A program made the translations under genes and the position numbers. A DNA stretch of 37,189 nucleotides from a virus (lineage: Duplodnaviria; Caudoviricetes), in the IMG/VR virus record IMGVR_UViG_3300014168_000009, positions 1 through 37,189 of that record; one strand, given 5' to 3'. Positions 25,340-34,565 of the stretch are shown in pieces (the first letter of the stretch is position 1; every line of letters starts with the position of its first letter). The notes below the pieces were generated by a model. That model saw only the letters and a program-made list of their open reading frames with translations, was not told the origin of the DNA and did not search any database.

Positions 25340-28300
25340 ATGACAAATCCTTTTGATACAGCAGTTCCTCTGACCGATCAGGCTCCAGCTTCTTCTTCTT
25401 CGAATCCATTCGATCAGGCTGTCCCGGTTGGGCCTCAGAGGGCTCAGAACGTCCAGTCCAATGATGTGGGTATGGCTCGACTCGGAACTCTAAGCGGCAC
25501 CTCCAGACAGCCCCAGGCCGCTGCTCCACAGCCGAATGGCTTGGGTGTGGCGGCTACGGCTGGCCATATGTCTATGTCAGCGATGGCTGGATTTGGTAGC
25601 CCTCTTCAGGCTGTGATTGGAGCGTATGGCAACCTTGGTGAAGCATTGGAAGCCCATACTCCCCTGGATATCCCTGGTTGGCAGGACGCTCAAGAGTTCA
25701 ACGAATGGCAGAATCAGTATAGGGCTGAACTGGGCAAGGGAGCGCATGGATTTGCTGAAGCTGGCAATATGGGTGGTGAGATGACTAGTCAGATCCTTCT
25801 GGGTAAACTATTACCTACGAGTCAAATCGTCACTCCGATAGAAGAAGCTCCGACGATGTTCGCACAGTCTCAGAATGCAGCGGTTCGGAGTATCGGACGA
25901 GTCGGAAGCTCTACGTTGAGGAGTTCGGCGGCGGCAATTCCATATGGCACTCAGGCTGGATTGACAACTCCGTTGCAGAACGGTGAGACGTATGGTCAGC
26001 ATATGGCTCAGAACGTCCAAGGAGCCATGGAGATGGGTGCGGCCATTACTGGTGGGTTGAGTCTGTTGGGAGAAGCGGGGGGCGCGGCCAAGGCCGGTGC
26101 CGAAGCTACGGCTCGGCTATTCAGAGGGACGAAAAATATCAAACTTGCTCCAGAAGTCCTTCATGGTGAATCAGTTCCGGATGTGATGAATGCGGCACGG
26201 ATGGATTCCGATCTGGTTGGCAATCAGACAATGAATGATATCCAGCAGACTTCCCAGATGGATGGGATAGAAGGTGCGAAAGCCAGAACGGTCATGCAGC
26301 GGCTTACCGCAGCTACCGCTTCAGACCACAATGTAGAACTTTCCCTTGGTGATCTCAGTGGAGACCCTAATCTTCGAGCCAAGGAACAGGCCCTTGAATC
26401 CAAGCCTGGATCGGGAATGAATGAGTTCAGGGAGCGACAGGGACAGGAAGTCAGACGAGCAGTCATTGATCTGGGCCGACAGAAGGATGCGGAAGCAGCA
26501 TTCAATCCAGATGGTTCACATCGTCAATTCGACTTTGAAAATCCAGACCCGACCGTAGCTCCTAGCCTTATGGATCAGGTTCAGAAGGATGCGGCCAGCA
26601 GAACCGCTGGAGATATCGGTGCTAATCCAACCCAGGCTGAGCGTTTGGTTGGCAATATTACTGATATGAGGCGCTCTCTTCAGGCTGGCGATAACACGAA
26701 TCCAAAGGCCATTCAACTCAGTCTCCAGGGACAGGAGTGGCAGAATAGGCAGATCGCCAACCAAAAATATGGAGAGATTGGTGATGCGATTGGCTCGGCC
26801 CTTAAGGCTGACCCCACTCTTCCTAAAATTGTGGATGTGACTCCGGTTCAACGCTCAATCCAGAATCTGATCGATCAGAATGAGACCAGCCCCGCTTATG
26901 ATAAAGATTTGGCTACGAATCTAACTACTTGGCAATCAAATCTTAGCCGAGAAGGTGTAGACCTTTCCTATCCATCAATCAAGCAGTCCATCAGTCAGAT
27001 GGAAAGCAAGATTGCAGACCTGGAAGCCAGCGGAAATACCAATTTGGCTCGTCAACTCAGGGGAGTGAAGGGTCATCTCGACCTTCAGGCGGAGAACTAT
27101 GCAAAGCAGGTTCTGGCTGGTCGTCCAGAAGATTTACAACTCATCGGAGATGCAGATCAGTTTTATAAGAAGAATGTAGTTCCTTATTCCGATCCGGATA
27201 CGGGTATCGGAGATATCGCTCGTGGAATAGACGCCGACAAGGCTGTCAGGCCCTTCTTCACTGAACAGAGTCCTGATCAGTTCAATCGGATGTTCAATCT
27301 ACTGGATGAACGAGGCAAGGCAGCGGTTCGGGCAGAAATGGTTGGTAGGACTGAAGATGCGGCTAGCCGTATGAAGAACTTCCAAGACATCAATCTACCC
27401 AGCTTCGCTCGTTATCTGGAAAATCGCTCAGATCAGATTAATACTGCGTACGGAGATGATACGAGTCTTCCAGGATTGGCTCATCTGATCCGTAACACTC
27501 CACGAGCCGGATATCAGTCCAAATTGGAGAGCTTGTTTGGCATGAACAATGTAGGTGGTGGGGTTGCGAAGATGGCCATGGGTGGTCTCGGAGCATTGGG
27601 TGGTTCAGTAGCAGGCCCTGGAGGCAGCCTAGGTGGAGCGATGTTAGGTTATGGGGCGGAGCCAGCCATGGAGGCCGGAATCAACCGGTTCATCGGTTCT
27701 GAACTGATTAATCCGACCCTGAGCAAGTATATTGATCCTTCTATCCGATTGGATCAATATGGTCTGGAGCTTCAACCCACTCCGATTGAACAGCCACCTG
27801 TCTCTGGGCTTCAGGATATCAATGCAAATCGCGCTGCTCGTGAAGCGCATTATGCAAAGATTGGTAATCCAGCCGCATATGAGAGTCCAGCCGGTCCTGG
27901 TGGTCAGAATGGTTTGGTCGGTCCTCTCGGTCGAAGCCTTGAGGGTCAGCCGGTCAACTACGGTCCCGATAGTCCTAACCCTCGTCCGATGCCCTATACG
28001 GCACCGAAGGGAGAGCTTGGTGCTCCCAGTCTGGCCCCTCAGCCCCGTAGTCTCGGAGCCGGAGGTCAACCCTCAGCCAGCCTGACCGAAGCGTTTGAAC
28101 CCCCCACTCCGAATCCTCAGTTCACCATGCAGGGACGGGCTGGAGAGGGTTATGCTGACCCATACGCTCGGTTGAAACAGCTTCAAGCTAATGCTGTGGC
28201 TACTTCAGGGGATGTCCGCACCGCTCAGGATAATTATATCAATTCCGTCTTAGCGGATCGCCAACTCGCAAACCAAGTCAAGCAGGCTCAAACGGCTGTC

Positions 28301-30232
28301 CAGACAGCGTTTGATAAGTCAGGTGGCACTAATCCTTACGGATGGGAAGATATTGAAAAAGGTGATCAGTTTGGGGCAACCAATCCTCAGACCGGAGCTT
28401 ACGTGAGCCCACGTACTCGGCTCGGGGCTCCTCCTTTCGCTGGGACGACTACTCAGGATAGAGCGTGGATCAAGCAACTAAATGCCGCACCATGGGAGCA
28501 ACAGCAAGAGGTCCGTAACCCCACTCCAGACGAAATGCGTGAAGTAGCGACTCGTATGGAAAATTATATCGGATGGTTGAAAAATCCGAATCGTAATGAA
28601 ATGCCCACCATTGTGGACCCAACCCATCCACTACTCTATCGGCCCCTAACCGAAGCCGAATTACCGTCAGAAATATCTACATTATCCTCTCTCAGAGATC
28701 AGATATTCGATTATGCGACTAAAGTGGAAAAGGGGCAAAATCCCCCGGTTCCGGTGCAGATGGATTTGATAAATAGATTAGCAGATGCATCTGGTAGATT
28801 GAAGGATTTGACCCAACTCGCCGCAGATACGGCGAATAGTCCAATCAATACCGAGTCTTTGGCAAATGAAGTAGCGGATGCGAAGGCCGCACAGGCGAAA
28901 GCTTTCTCCGATTTGGTTCAAGCAGGGCCAAATCAGCGCCAACCCGTTCCGGCAAATAATCCGAGTAAGGTAATTCCTACCCAATCCCTAACCGCTCCAT
29001 TCACCGGCGAAGGCAGTAGCATTAATAATCCCCGTGGTATCCAGACCGCTACGAGAGGCATCGTTCCGCAGCAGAGCCTCAGCAGCATGGCGGAGCCCTA
29101 TCAGATCCCCCAGAGCGGCACCGGCCTCAGCAGCTTCGATCAGGAGGGCAATAAGTCTGTCGGCGCGGCGGAAAGACCAAAACATAATCAGATGCCTGGG
29201 GCGGCTTCGGAGTTGGATCGGTTGATGGCTCAGTTACGAGCCAAACAGGCTGGTACGATTCAGGGTCAACCACCCGCATCCGATGAAGAAGCGATGCGAA
29301 CGTTCAATACGGTTAACGCCGATATGGAAAATCCACTCCAGAAGGCCGCGAGGCAACTGGCTGAAGCACAGGAAATCATGCGGACTACTGGAATCCAGGC
29401 AGCAGATGCGGCTAGGGAGCAGGCAGTCAGAGAACTGAATAGGGGGCTGGTCGCACCAACTCCTCCAAACAGTCAATTTACCCAACCGCATCAGGCCATT
29501 CCGACGACTCCAGACTCTACCTCTAGTCAAATCAAGCAGTTGGGGCAGCAGATGGGTATCATCCCTCCCGAGCCAGAAGGTAACCCACAGTCTCATACTC
29601 TCGGAACCGCAGCCGGAAGTCTAGAGGAGCAGATGATGAATCTTCAGCGAAACAGTGCCGCAGCCGAAGCCGCCGCAAGGGCGAAAGCTCCGGGTGGGGT
29701 GCTGGAAGGACCTAACCAGAATCGCTATTATGGACTCTCAGGACTTGATCCCAGCGTCCCCGTTACTTTGAGCCAGAATGAAATCAACCCTCTGACAGGC
29801 AAACAGATCGTTAAGGGAGGTCGTCCACCTCTAACCCAAGCAGAGATTGACGAAGCGGCCAGGGCGGAAGAGATCAAGCGTCCAGGTTTAGCCCAAACGG
29901 TCTGGGACGGTACATTCGACTTTGGCCAGTCCCAAGAGAAGACTCCTACCACTGCTCCGAAGCCAGCCACGAATGCCCCGATCACCGAGGCAAGTTTACG
30001 TAACTCCGCCCTTCAGGATTACATGAAGGAAACAGCAGCGAAGAGGCTCGACTACAACAACCAGATTGCTAATGCTCAGAAACTCAACGCTACATCGGAG
30101 CAGTTACGAAAGATGAAGATTGAGTTTGATGATCACATCCAGAAGCGTGTAAATGTGGCAACTGAAGCTATGCCACTGCTTCGTAAACAAAGATGGGAAG
30201 ATTTTGATGAACTGTGGGGGAGTAGACCATAA
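25340..30232 (+). CDS. Large DNA ejection/internal virion protein (gp16-like position)
   Basis: 1630 aa; two N-terminal NPFD.AVP motifs; glycine-rich hydrophobic segment mid-protein. Confidence 0.7.
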   Translation: MTNPFDTAVPLTDQAPASSSSNPFDQAVPVGPQRAQNVQSNDVGMARLGTLSGTSRQPQAAAPQPNGLGVAATAGHMSMSAMAGFGSPLQAVIGAYGNLGEALEAHTPLDIPGWQDAQEFNEWQNQYRAELGKGAHGFAEAGNMGGEMTSQILLGKLLPTSQIVTPIEEAPTMFAQSQNAAVRSIGRVGSSTLRSSAAAIPYGTQAGLTTPLQNGETYGQHMAQNVQGAMEMGAAITGGLSLLGEAGGAAKAGAEATARLFRGTKNIKLAPEVLHGESVPDVMNAARMDSDLVGNQTMNDIQQTSQMDGIEGAKARTVMQRLTAATASDHNVELSLGDLSGDPNLRAKEQALESKPGSGMNEFRERQGQEVRRAVIDLGRQKDAEAAFNPDGSHRQFDFENPDPTVAPSLMDQVQKDAASRTAGDIGANPTQAERLVGNITDMRRSLQAGDNTNPKAIQLSLQGQEWQNRQIANQKYGEIGDAIGSALKADPTLPKIVDVTPVQRSIQNLIDQNETSPAYDKDLATNLTTWQSNLSREGVDLSYPSIKQSISQMESKIADLEASGNTNLARQLRGVKGHLDLQAENYAKQVLAGRPEDLQLIGDADQFYKKNVVPYSDPDTGIGDIARGIDADKAVRPFFTEQSPDQFNRMFNLLDERGKAAVRAEMVGRTEDAASRMKNFQDINLPSFARYLENRSDQINTAYGDDTSLPGLAHLIRNTPRAGYQSKLESLFGMNNVGGGVAKMAMGGLGALGGSVAGPGGSLGGAMLGYGAEPAMEAGINRFIGSELINPTLSKYIDPSIRLDQYGLELQPTPIEQPPVSGLQDINANRAAREAHYAKIGNPAAYESPAGPGGQNGLVGPLGRSLEGQPVNYGPDSPNPRPMPYTAPKGELGAPSLAPQPRSLGAGGQPSASLTEAFEPPTPNPQFTMQGRAGEGYADPYARLKQLQANAVATSGDVRTAQDNYINSVLADRQLANQVKQAQTAVQTAFDKSGGTNPYGWEDIEKGDQFGATNPQTGAYVSPRTRLGAPPFAGTTTQDRAWIKQLNAAPWEQQQEVRNPTPDEMREVATRMENYIGWLKNPNRNEMPTIVDPTHPLLYRPLTEAELPSEISTLSSLRDQIFDYATKVEKGQNPPVPVQMDLINRLADASGRLKDLTQLAADTANSPINTESLANEVADAKAAQAKAFSDLVQAGPNQRQPVPANNPSKVIPTQSLTAPFTGEGSSINNPRGIQTATRGIVPQQSLSSMAEPYQIPQSGTGLSSFDQEGNKSVGAAERPKHNQMPGAASELDRLMAQLRAKQAGTIQGQPPASDEEAMRTFNTVNADMENPLQKAARQLAEAQEIMRTTGIQAADAAREQAVRELNRGLVAPTPPNSQFTQPHQAIPTTPDSTSSQIKQLGQQMGIIPPEPEGNPQSHTLGTAAGSLEEQMMNLQRNSAAAEAAARAKAPGGVLEGPNQNRYYGLSGLDPSVPVTLSQNEINPLTGKQIVKGGRPPLTQAEIDEAARAEEIKRPGLAQTVWDGTFDFGQSQEKTPTTAPKPATNAPITEASLRNSALQDYMKETAAKRLDYNNQIANAQKLNATSEQLRKMKIEFDDHIQKRVNVATEAMPLLRKQRWEDFDELWGSRP

Positions 30233-30603
30233 TGGGATTTTTAGCCAATCAACTTTCCGAACAGACCAGCATGAACACACCACAACTTCATGCTCATGCG
30301 GACAACATGATGACTATGGCCAACCAAGCTCGCTTGACTGGGCAGCCCCATCTGGGCTTGATTAGCATGGCCAACCTTACGCATCAGGTGGCGCTGGCTA
30401 AATCAGACTTCAGTAGTCCGGAATCCAATCTGACGAGCCCAATCCATGAGCGAGTCACACCCCATCTGATTAAAACCAAGATCCATACAGGGATCAGTAG
30501 CCCTGGAATGCAACTGGGAATGGGAATGGGGTTTCAGAATCCAAATCAAGCCCCCTCCTCAGATATCGTAGGAGGAGGGCAATCTGCTCTCAGTAGTTTA
30601 TAA
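30232..30603 (+). CDS. Hypothetical protein
   Basis: TAATG coupling to the upstream gene. Confidence 0.65.
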   Translation: MGFLANQLSEQTSMNTPQLHAHADNMMTMANQARLTGQPHLGLISMANLTHQVALAKSDFSSPESNLTSPIHERVTPHLIKTKIHTGISSPGMQLGMGMGFQNPNQAPSSDIVGGGQSALSSL

Positions 30604-30679
30604 GCGGCGTGAGATGTTAAAATGGGTCGAAAGAGAAGAAAACAAATCCAACGTTTGGGTATTAATAAGGAACTGGATC

Positions 30680-30925
30680 ATGACTGAAAAGCAAGGAATC
30701 ATTTGGGATAAGAGCGTTAACCTATCGCATCTGCTGTACGCGATGGTTATCGCCGGAGGGGCGCTCGTCTGGTATTCTAATCTCCAGTCAGTTATCGCGG
30801 TTCATTCCAACCAGATTCAATCCTTACAGAAAACTGAAGAGGATGAGGCGGCCCGTTCGACCCGAATCGAATCAAAATTGGATCAAATTCTCTTAACGCT
30901 GGCTGGCGAAAAAAGGGAGAAATAA
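30680..30925 (+). CDS. Single-TM plus coiled-coil protein, possible holin-like
   Basis: LLYAMVIAGGALVWY...RIESKLDQIL; last late gene; AAGGA SD. Confidence 0.55.
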   Translation: MTEKQGIIWDKSVNLSHLLYAMVIAGGALVWYSNLQSVIAVHSNQIQSLQKTEEDEAARSTRIESKLDQILLTLAGEKREK

Positions 30926-30944
30926 GCTATCTTCAGATTTACAT

Positions 30945-30981
30945 AAAAATGCGATTTCGAGACTGAATCGAAATCGCATTT
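30945..30981. terminator. Terminator at the convergence of late and early regions
   Basis: Perfect 14-bp stem AAATGCGATTTCGA-N7-TCGAAATCGCATTT. Confidence 0.85.
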
Positions 30982-31014
30982 AGTCGTCATCCGCTGGAGA
31001 GGCTTGACACTGTA

Positions 31015-31251
31015 TTAATACCCTGAATCCCCAGGTTGGTGAGGCCCCGTATAAATAAAATTACCATGTTGAGTCGCCACGGGTTTGATTTCAGCAAGCG
31101 CCTCAGAAGTTAAGAAAAGTGCCGAATGGACGGATAGGCCAAACTTCCGGAGGAACAGTTCTGAGCCCTCCGGAGAGGAAGCTAATACAACAAGAAGTTG
31201 CCTCAACTGCTCTATCTGCTGGAGTAAAGTTTCTGCTTCCTGACGGTTCAT
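31015..31251 (-). CDS. Hypothetical protein
   Basis: ATGA coupling; ends before the terminator. Confidence 0.65.
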   Translation of the reverse strand: MNRQEAETLLQQIEQLRQLLVVLASSPEGSELFLRKFGLSVHSALFLTSEALAEIKPVATQHGNFIYTGPHQPGDSGY

Positions 31252-31646
31252 AGACGAGTCACAACCCGATGTGAAATTAGCTTACCACCGATTCGCTTTT
31301 GGCACAACTGGATAGCTGCGAAGGTATCAAAATCATCGCATGAAAAGATGTTTACGAATACCTTATTAAGCCTATCCAGCCAATGCGTGGTCATGCTAGA
31401 GTGCTCCAAGAACAGCACCGCCGAAAGTCCGTCGCACTTAGGATCAGGTTCGGCATTTTCGTCAGAAGGGCTTCCCCACAGATGGAACGGACCCGCCGCC
31501 ATATGGATTGAGGCCACAACCTCTCTGCTGAACTGTTCGATGAACTTTGGATCGAACTTGGCATCCGGAACATCCTCGAAATCGAGTATTAGTTCAATTC
31601 CGTACGAACTCTTGTCTTGATTCACTTTTGAGTCATTGTTTTGCAT
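31248..31646 (-). CDS. speD: S-adenosylmethionine decarboxylase (SpeD)-family pyruvoyl proenzyme
   Basis: YGIELILD...GLSAVLFLEHSSMTTH...VNIFSC..FD aligns with the class 1b AdoMetDC pattern; substrate uncertain. Confidence 0.8.
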   Translation of the reverse strand: MQNNDSKVNQDKSSYGIELILDFEDVPDAKFDPKFIEQFSREVVASIHMAAGPFHLWGSPSDENAEPDPKCDGLSAVLFLEHSSMTTHWLDRLNKVFVNIFSCDDFDTFAAIQLCQKRIGGKLISHRVVTRL

Positions 31647-31867
31647 TAGACGGCCCCCACCCTGACGTTATTCTTGATTCGTTTCAGCTTACGCATAAGG
31701 TTCCGATCTGTGCTGAACAATTCCATCTGATGGAGTTCCTGCTCGGTATTTGCGTTCATCAGCTTCTCTTCGGCTGGTTTCAGGCTCACCCTATACCAGG
31801 GATGGTGCTTCCGACCTCTGGTTTCAATCTCAACGTAAGTTGTGCCCGCTACTTCGTGCCTTATCAT
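31646..31867 (-). CDS. Hypothetical protein
   Basis: AAGGAG SD and ATGA overlap at 31867. Confidence 0.65.
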   Translation of the reverse strand: MIRHEVAGTTYVEIETRGRKHHPWYRVSLKPAEEKLMNANTEQELHQMELFSTDRNLMRKLKRIKNNVRVGAV

Positions 31868-32085
31868 GCTTTCTCCTTCGGAAATTGTCCGAGACATATT
31901 TTAATACCGACTCCTACGACTTCTCCCGTGTTCCGATTGAAGCGAGTATCCACCTGTAATTGGGTCATCCCACCAGGAAAACTCATTCCCAGCAGTTGTA
32001 ATTCTTCCAAGTGTTCGCTGATCCATTGCCTGACCGGTGTGACCCGCTCTGACGTTTCGATCAGTTCTTTATACGCATCCATCAT
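31864..32085 (-). CDS. Hypothetical protein
   Basis: GAGG SD; coupled ORF chain. Confidence 0.65.
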   Translation of the reverse strand: MMDAYKELIETSERVTPVRQWISEHLEELQLLGMSFPGGMTQLQVDTRFNRNTGEVVGVGIKICLGQFPKEKA

Positions 32086-32732
32086 ATACCTCTCCGTTTT
32101 TCGGGAAGACTCAGATAAGCAGCAGATATTTCCCTAATCTGCTGAGCCATATCTGCTGGGTAGTATCCGTAAATATTGCGAATCTTCCGATCCACTGCGG
32201 CAGAGGATGAGCAAAACTCCCGTAATCCTTCTTCAGGACGATAAAACCGAACTCTTCCTTGGCTGAGGCAAAACCCAAGTCGATGCATTTCTTTGATTAC
32301 CGTTTCAGCGCAGATGTACCAATTCGAGACGCTTGGTTTTTGATGAAGCCGATGAAACGAGGCTGGAGCCATATTGCGAATCCACTCGGTCATCTGATCG
32401 TAATCAATCTCAGTCATCTGAGGAGTAATGAGTTCACGTAAGCGAACCAGACGATACGTTTGCTCAGCCTTAGTCTTCGTCCAGCAGATATCTCCAGGAC
32501 GACTCAGTTCTTCATACACGGTGAGTGAATGCCACGTTTCAGCGTCCATCAGAGCATCCGGAACGGGGTCTAGGGGGCGATCTGGGTCAAGATCCCAGTA
32601 GGAGTCCCAAACCATCGGACGGCCATTACTGCGAGGCTTCGGAGGGGTCTTTGACTGTTTGATCCCTTTATGCGCTCTATCCCAGGCTCGGTGGTAGGCG
32701 CGGACTTCCTCTGGATTAGACCAATCCGTCAC
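32082..32732 (-). CDS. Hypothetical 216-aa protein
   Basis: GTGA overlap; coupled ORF chain. Confidence 0.7.
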   Translation of the reverse strand: MTDWSNPEEVRAYHRAWDRAHKGIKQSKTPPKPRSNGRPMVWDSYWDLDPDRPLDPVPDALMDAETWHSLTVYEELSRPGDICWTKTKAEQTYRLVRLRELITPQMTEIDYDQMTEWIRNMAPASFHRLHQKPSVSNWYICAETVIKEMHRLGFCLSQGRVRFYRPEEGLREFCSSSAAVDRKIRNIYGYYPADMAQQIREISAAYLSLPEKRRGI

Positions 32733-32959
32733 CGCATTCTCTCCTTTGCTTCAGCCTTGGTCAGATTTGGAATCGCAGCCATCAGATAGGAGACAGCTTC
32801 TGAATGCTTCATTTCCGATGCGGTTTCGTAGATATCTCCGAGGCAACAGAGTGCATCCAAAATAGTCGCATACTGAGCCTTGGTCAGACGAGGACGACGA
32901 TCTGATTCGTGCCGAAGAATACGATCTAATGTATCATTTACTTCTTCGAAACGCTTCAT
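32729..32959 (-). CDS. Hypothetical protein
   Basis: GAGGGG SD; ATGA overlap. Confidence 0.65.
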   Translation of the reverse strand: MKRFEEVNDTLDRILRHESDRRPRLTKAQYATILDALCCLGDIYETASEMKHSEAVSYLMAAIPNLTKAEAKERMR

Positions 32960-33441
32960 TTCTTCCCCTCAGAAAAAGTGATACGAACACTGATACCCAG
33001 TGTAGGATCATTAAGAACATATTCCTTGAAATTAGAGCGACTCTGAGCAGCTTTCTGATATGACTCCAACTCTTTCGGAGTAATGAAGCTGAGTAGAATC
33101 TGCTCAGCCAATCTGTGGCTCGTTTCTTCTCTCCCAGGAAATCGGATAGGTTCAGCCTGGAGCTTCATGATATCGGTGCCGCTCATAGCTTCTCGTAGCT
33201 GGGGGGAGGGCCAGCCATTTTGCTGTCCCCAAGTTGTGGCTCCCAGAGCGGCTGACATGCTTTGAGCAGCGGCCTGCTTCTGAGCCTCGGTCATAGGGGA
33301 CTTCTGATCAGCCGGTAGTTGGTGTGCTCGGCATAGGATTTCATACACCTTGTCCTGGCACCATCCATCACGTTCGTCCATTGCCATTTTCAACAGACGA
33401 TGAAGCTCTTCCCAGAAAAAAGTTTCGAGTTTAGTTCGCAT
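32956..33441 (-). CDS. Hypothetical 161-aa protein
   Basis: GAGGT SD; first gene of the operon. Confidence 0.7.
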   Translation of the reverse strand: MRTKLETFFWEELHRLLKMAMDERDGWCQDKVYEILCRAHQLPADQKSPMTEAQKQAAAQSMSAALGATTWGQQNGWPSPQLREAMSGTDIMKLQAEPIRFPGREETSHRLAEQILLSFITPKELESYQKAAQSRSNFKEYVLNDPTLGISVRITFSEGKK

Positions 33442-33575
33442 ATTACCTCACTACTAATGGATTGGGTAGCGGAAAATGAATCTATTATTATTATTTCTCA
33501 GCGTACATAGGTGAGGCCGGAACCACGACGAACCGGCCTCTTTCGCATTTACTCAGGGAGAGTTGGTGCTACTAT

Positions 33576-33585
33576 ATAATACTCG
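33576..33585 (-). promoter_or_regulatory. Putative early promoter CGAG-TATTAT
   Basis: Recurring motif; lies just after a terminator. Confidence 0.6.
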
Positions 33586-33593
33586 ATATTTCC

Positions 33594-33692
33594 GAAAATA
33601 AGACGAGCCTAACATTTTCAGTTAGGCTCGAATGAGTTTGAAGCAGATTGCATTCCGTAGAAAGATCGCACGGATCGGGCCGCAGCCCTTTC
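33594..33692 (-). ncRNA. Candidate ~95-nt small RNA
   Basis: TATAAT at 33698-33703, 5' hairpins and a CGAGCCTAAC/GTTAGGCTCG terminator (33604-33630); only an 11-codon ORF without a well-spaced SD. Confidence 0.45.
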
Positions 33693-33729
33693 ACACTATT
33701 ATAGTGGATATTTCAGATTTTACTGCACA

Positions 33730-33761
33730 TAAAAATATGCGGGAGACGACCTCCCGCATAT
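33730..33761 (-). terminator. Intrinsic terminator
   Basis: ATATGCGGGAG-N5-CTCCCGCATAT followed by a T run. Confidence 0.75.
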
Positions 33762-33789
33762 CCAAACCAGACCATGCTTCCGTTCAGAA

Positions 33790-34050
33790 TTAAGAGCAAT
33801 CCTTCAGAACGGCGGAGTCACCACCGGTTTGACTCTTACGTTTCGCCCTCGCTCTACGCTGAAGTTCAGCATATCGCTCAGGATTATCTTTCTGCCATTT
33901 TCGCGTACGTGCTGCCGCTTCGGACTTATGGGCGTCAGTGTATTCTTTCACACACTCTCTACATGTATGATTCAAGCTATCAGTGTAGCTCTTACACTTG
34001 CAAAAAGCAGTATTGGGTAGGGCTCTGTGGCACCGATTACACTGTTTCAT
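33790..34050 (-). CDS. Stand-alone CxxC...CxxC zinc-finger protein (HNH-associated type, no nuclease domain)
   Basis: KQCNRC...F......SL...CREC, then a basic helix and stop. Confidence 0.7.
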   Translation of the reverse strand: MKQCNRCHRALPNTAFCKCKSYTDSLNHTCRECVKEYTDAHKSEAAARTRKWQKDNPERYAELQRRARAKRKSQTGGDSAVLKDCS

Positions 34051-34376
34051 TCTGTTTCCTCATCCAGGGCTCGGTGATACTGGTCTTCGAGTTTCTGCCA
34101 CTTGGCCTTAGCTCTTCGGTATTCCAGGTCTTGGCTGACTCTACCTTCGATAGTTGAACTGATATTATGAAGCGCCAGAGCCATACAGTGCTCGTAAGCT
34201 TGCTCTTTCTGTTTGGCTAGTCCCAGGATATCTACTGGGTCTGCTTTTTCCTTCTGCGTTCCAGGGATTTGCTGATACGTATGCTCACTGGTAAGCTGCC
34301 AGCAGGCTATCGTATGTTCGGTTTCAACACATAGCGTATCTTCTGTTTGAGTGATTCTGAGGGGTTGGTCGGACAT
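34047..34376 (-). CDS. Hypothetical protein
   Basis: AGGAG SD; promoter at 34392. Confidence 0.75.
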   Translation of the reverse strand: MSDQPLRITQTEDTLCVETEHTIACWQLTSEHTYQQIPGTQKEKADPVDILGLAKQKEQAYEHCMALALHNISSTIEGRVSQDLEYRRAKAKWQKLEDQYHRALDEETE

Positions 34377-34391
34377 TTCGTGCTCCTATAT

Positions 34392-34400
34392 ATAATACTC
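34392..34400 (-). promoter_or_regulatory. Putative early promoter GAG-TATTAT
   Basis: Recurring motif. Confidence 0.55.
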
Positions 34401-34519
34401 TGTAGTTGAAATGTTTTAAATAATTATTTTGCTAGGCAAAACTTGCCTTACGAAGTTAGGACGCATATCGGTTGAGTCAACTCACGCATGAGTCCTCCGC
34501 ACTAAGATTTTCTTCGGGC

Positions 34520-34552
34520 AAAAAAAGAGGGCACCCATTTCTGAGTGCCCTC
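34520..34552 (-). terminator. Strong intrinsic terminator
   Basis: GAGGGCACUCA-GAAA-UGGGUGCCCUC followed by U7. Confidence 0.9.
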
Positions 34553-34565
34553 GACTCAGGTTAGT

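Noticed and set aside
25340-25430. NPF motifs as eukaryotic EH-domain ligands
   Set aside because: NPFD repeats are common at the N-termini of phage ejection proteins, and there is no eukaryotic context.
31547-32137. 196-aa + strand ORF
   Set aside because: Overlaps a tightly coupled - strand gene chain with good SDs.
33540-33700. tRNA or hammerhead in the intergenic region
   Set aside because: No cloverleaf or T-loop, and CUGAGUA breaks the hammerhead core.
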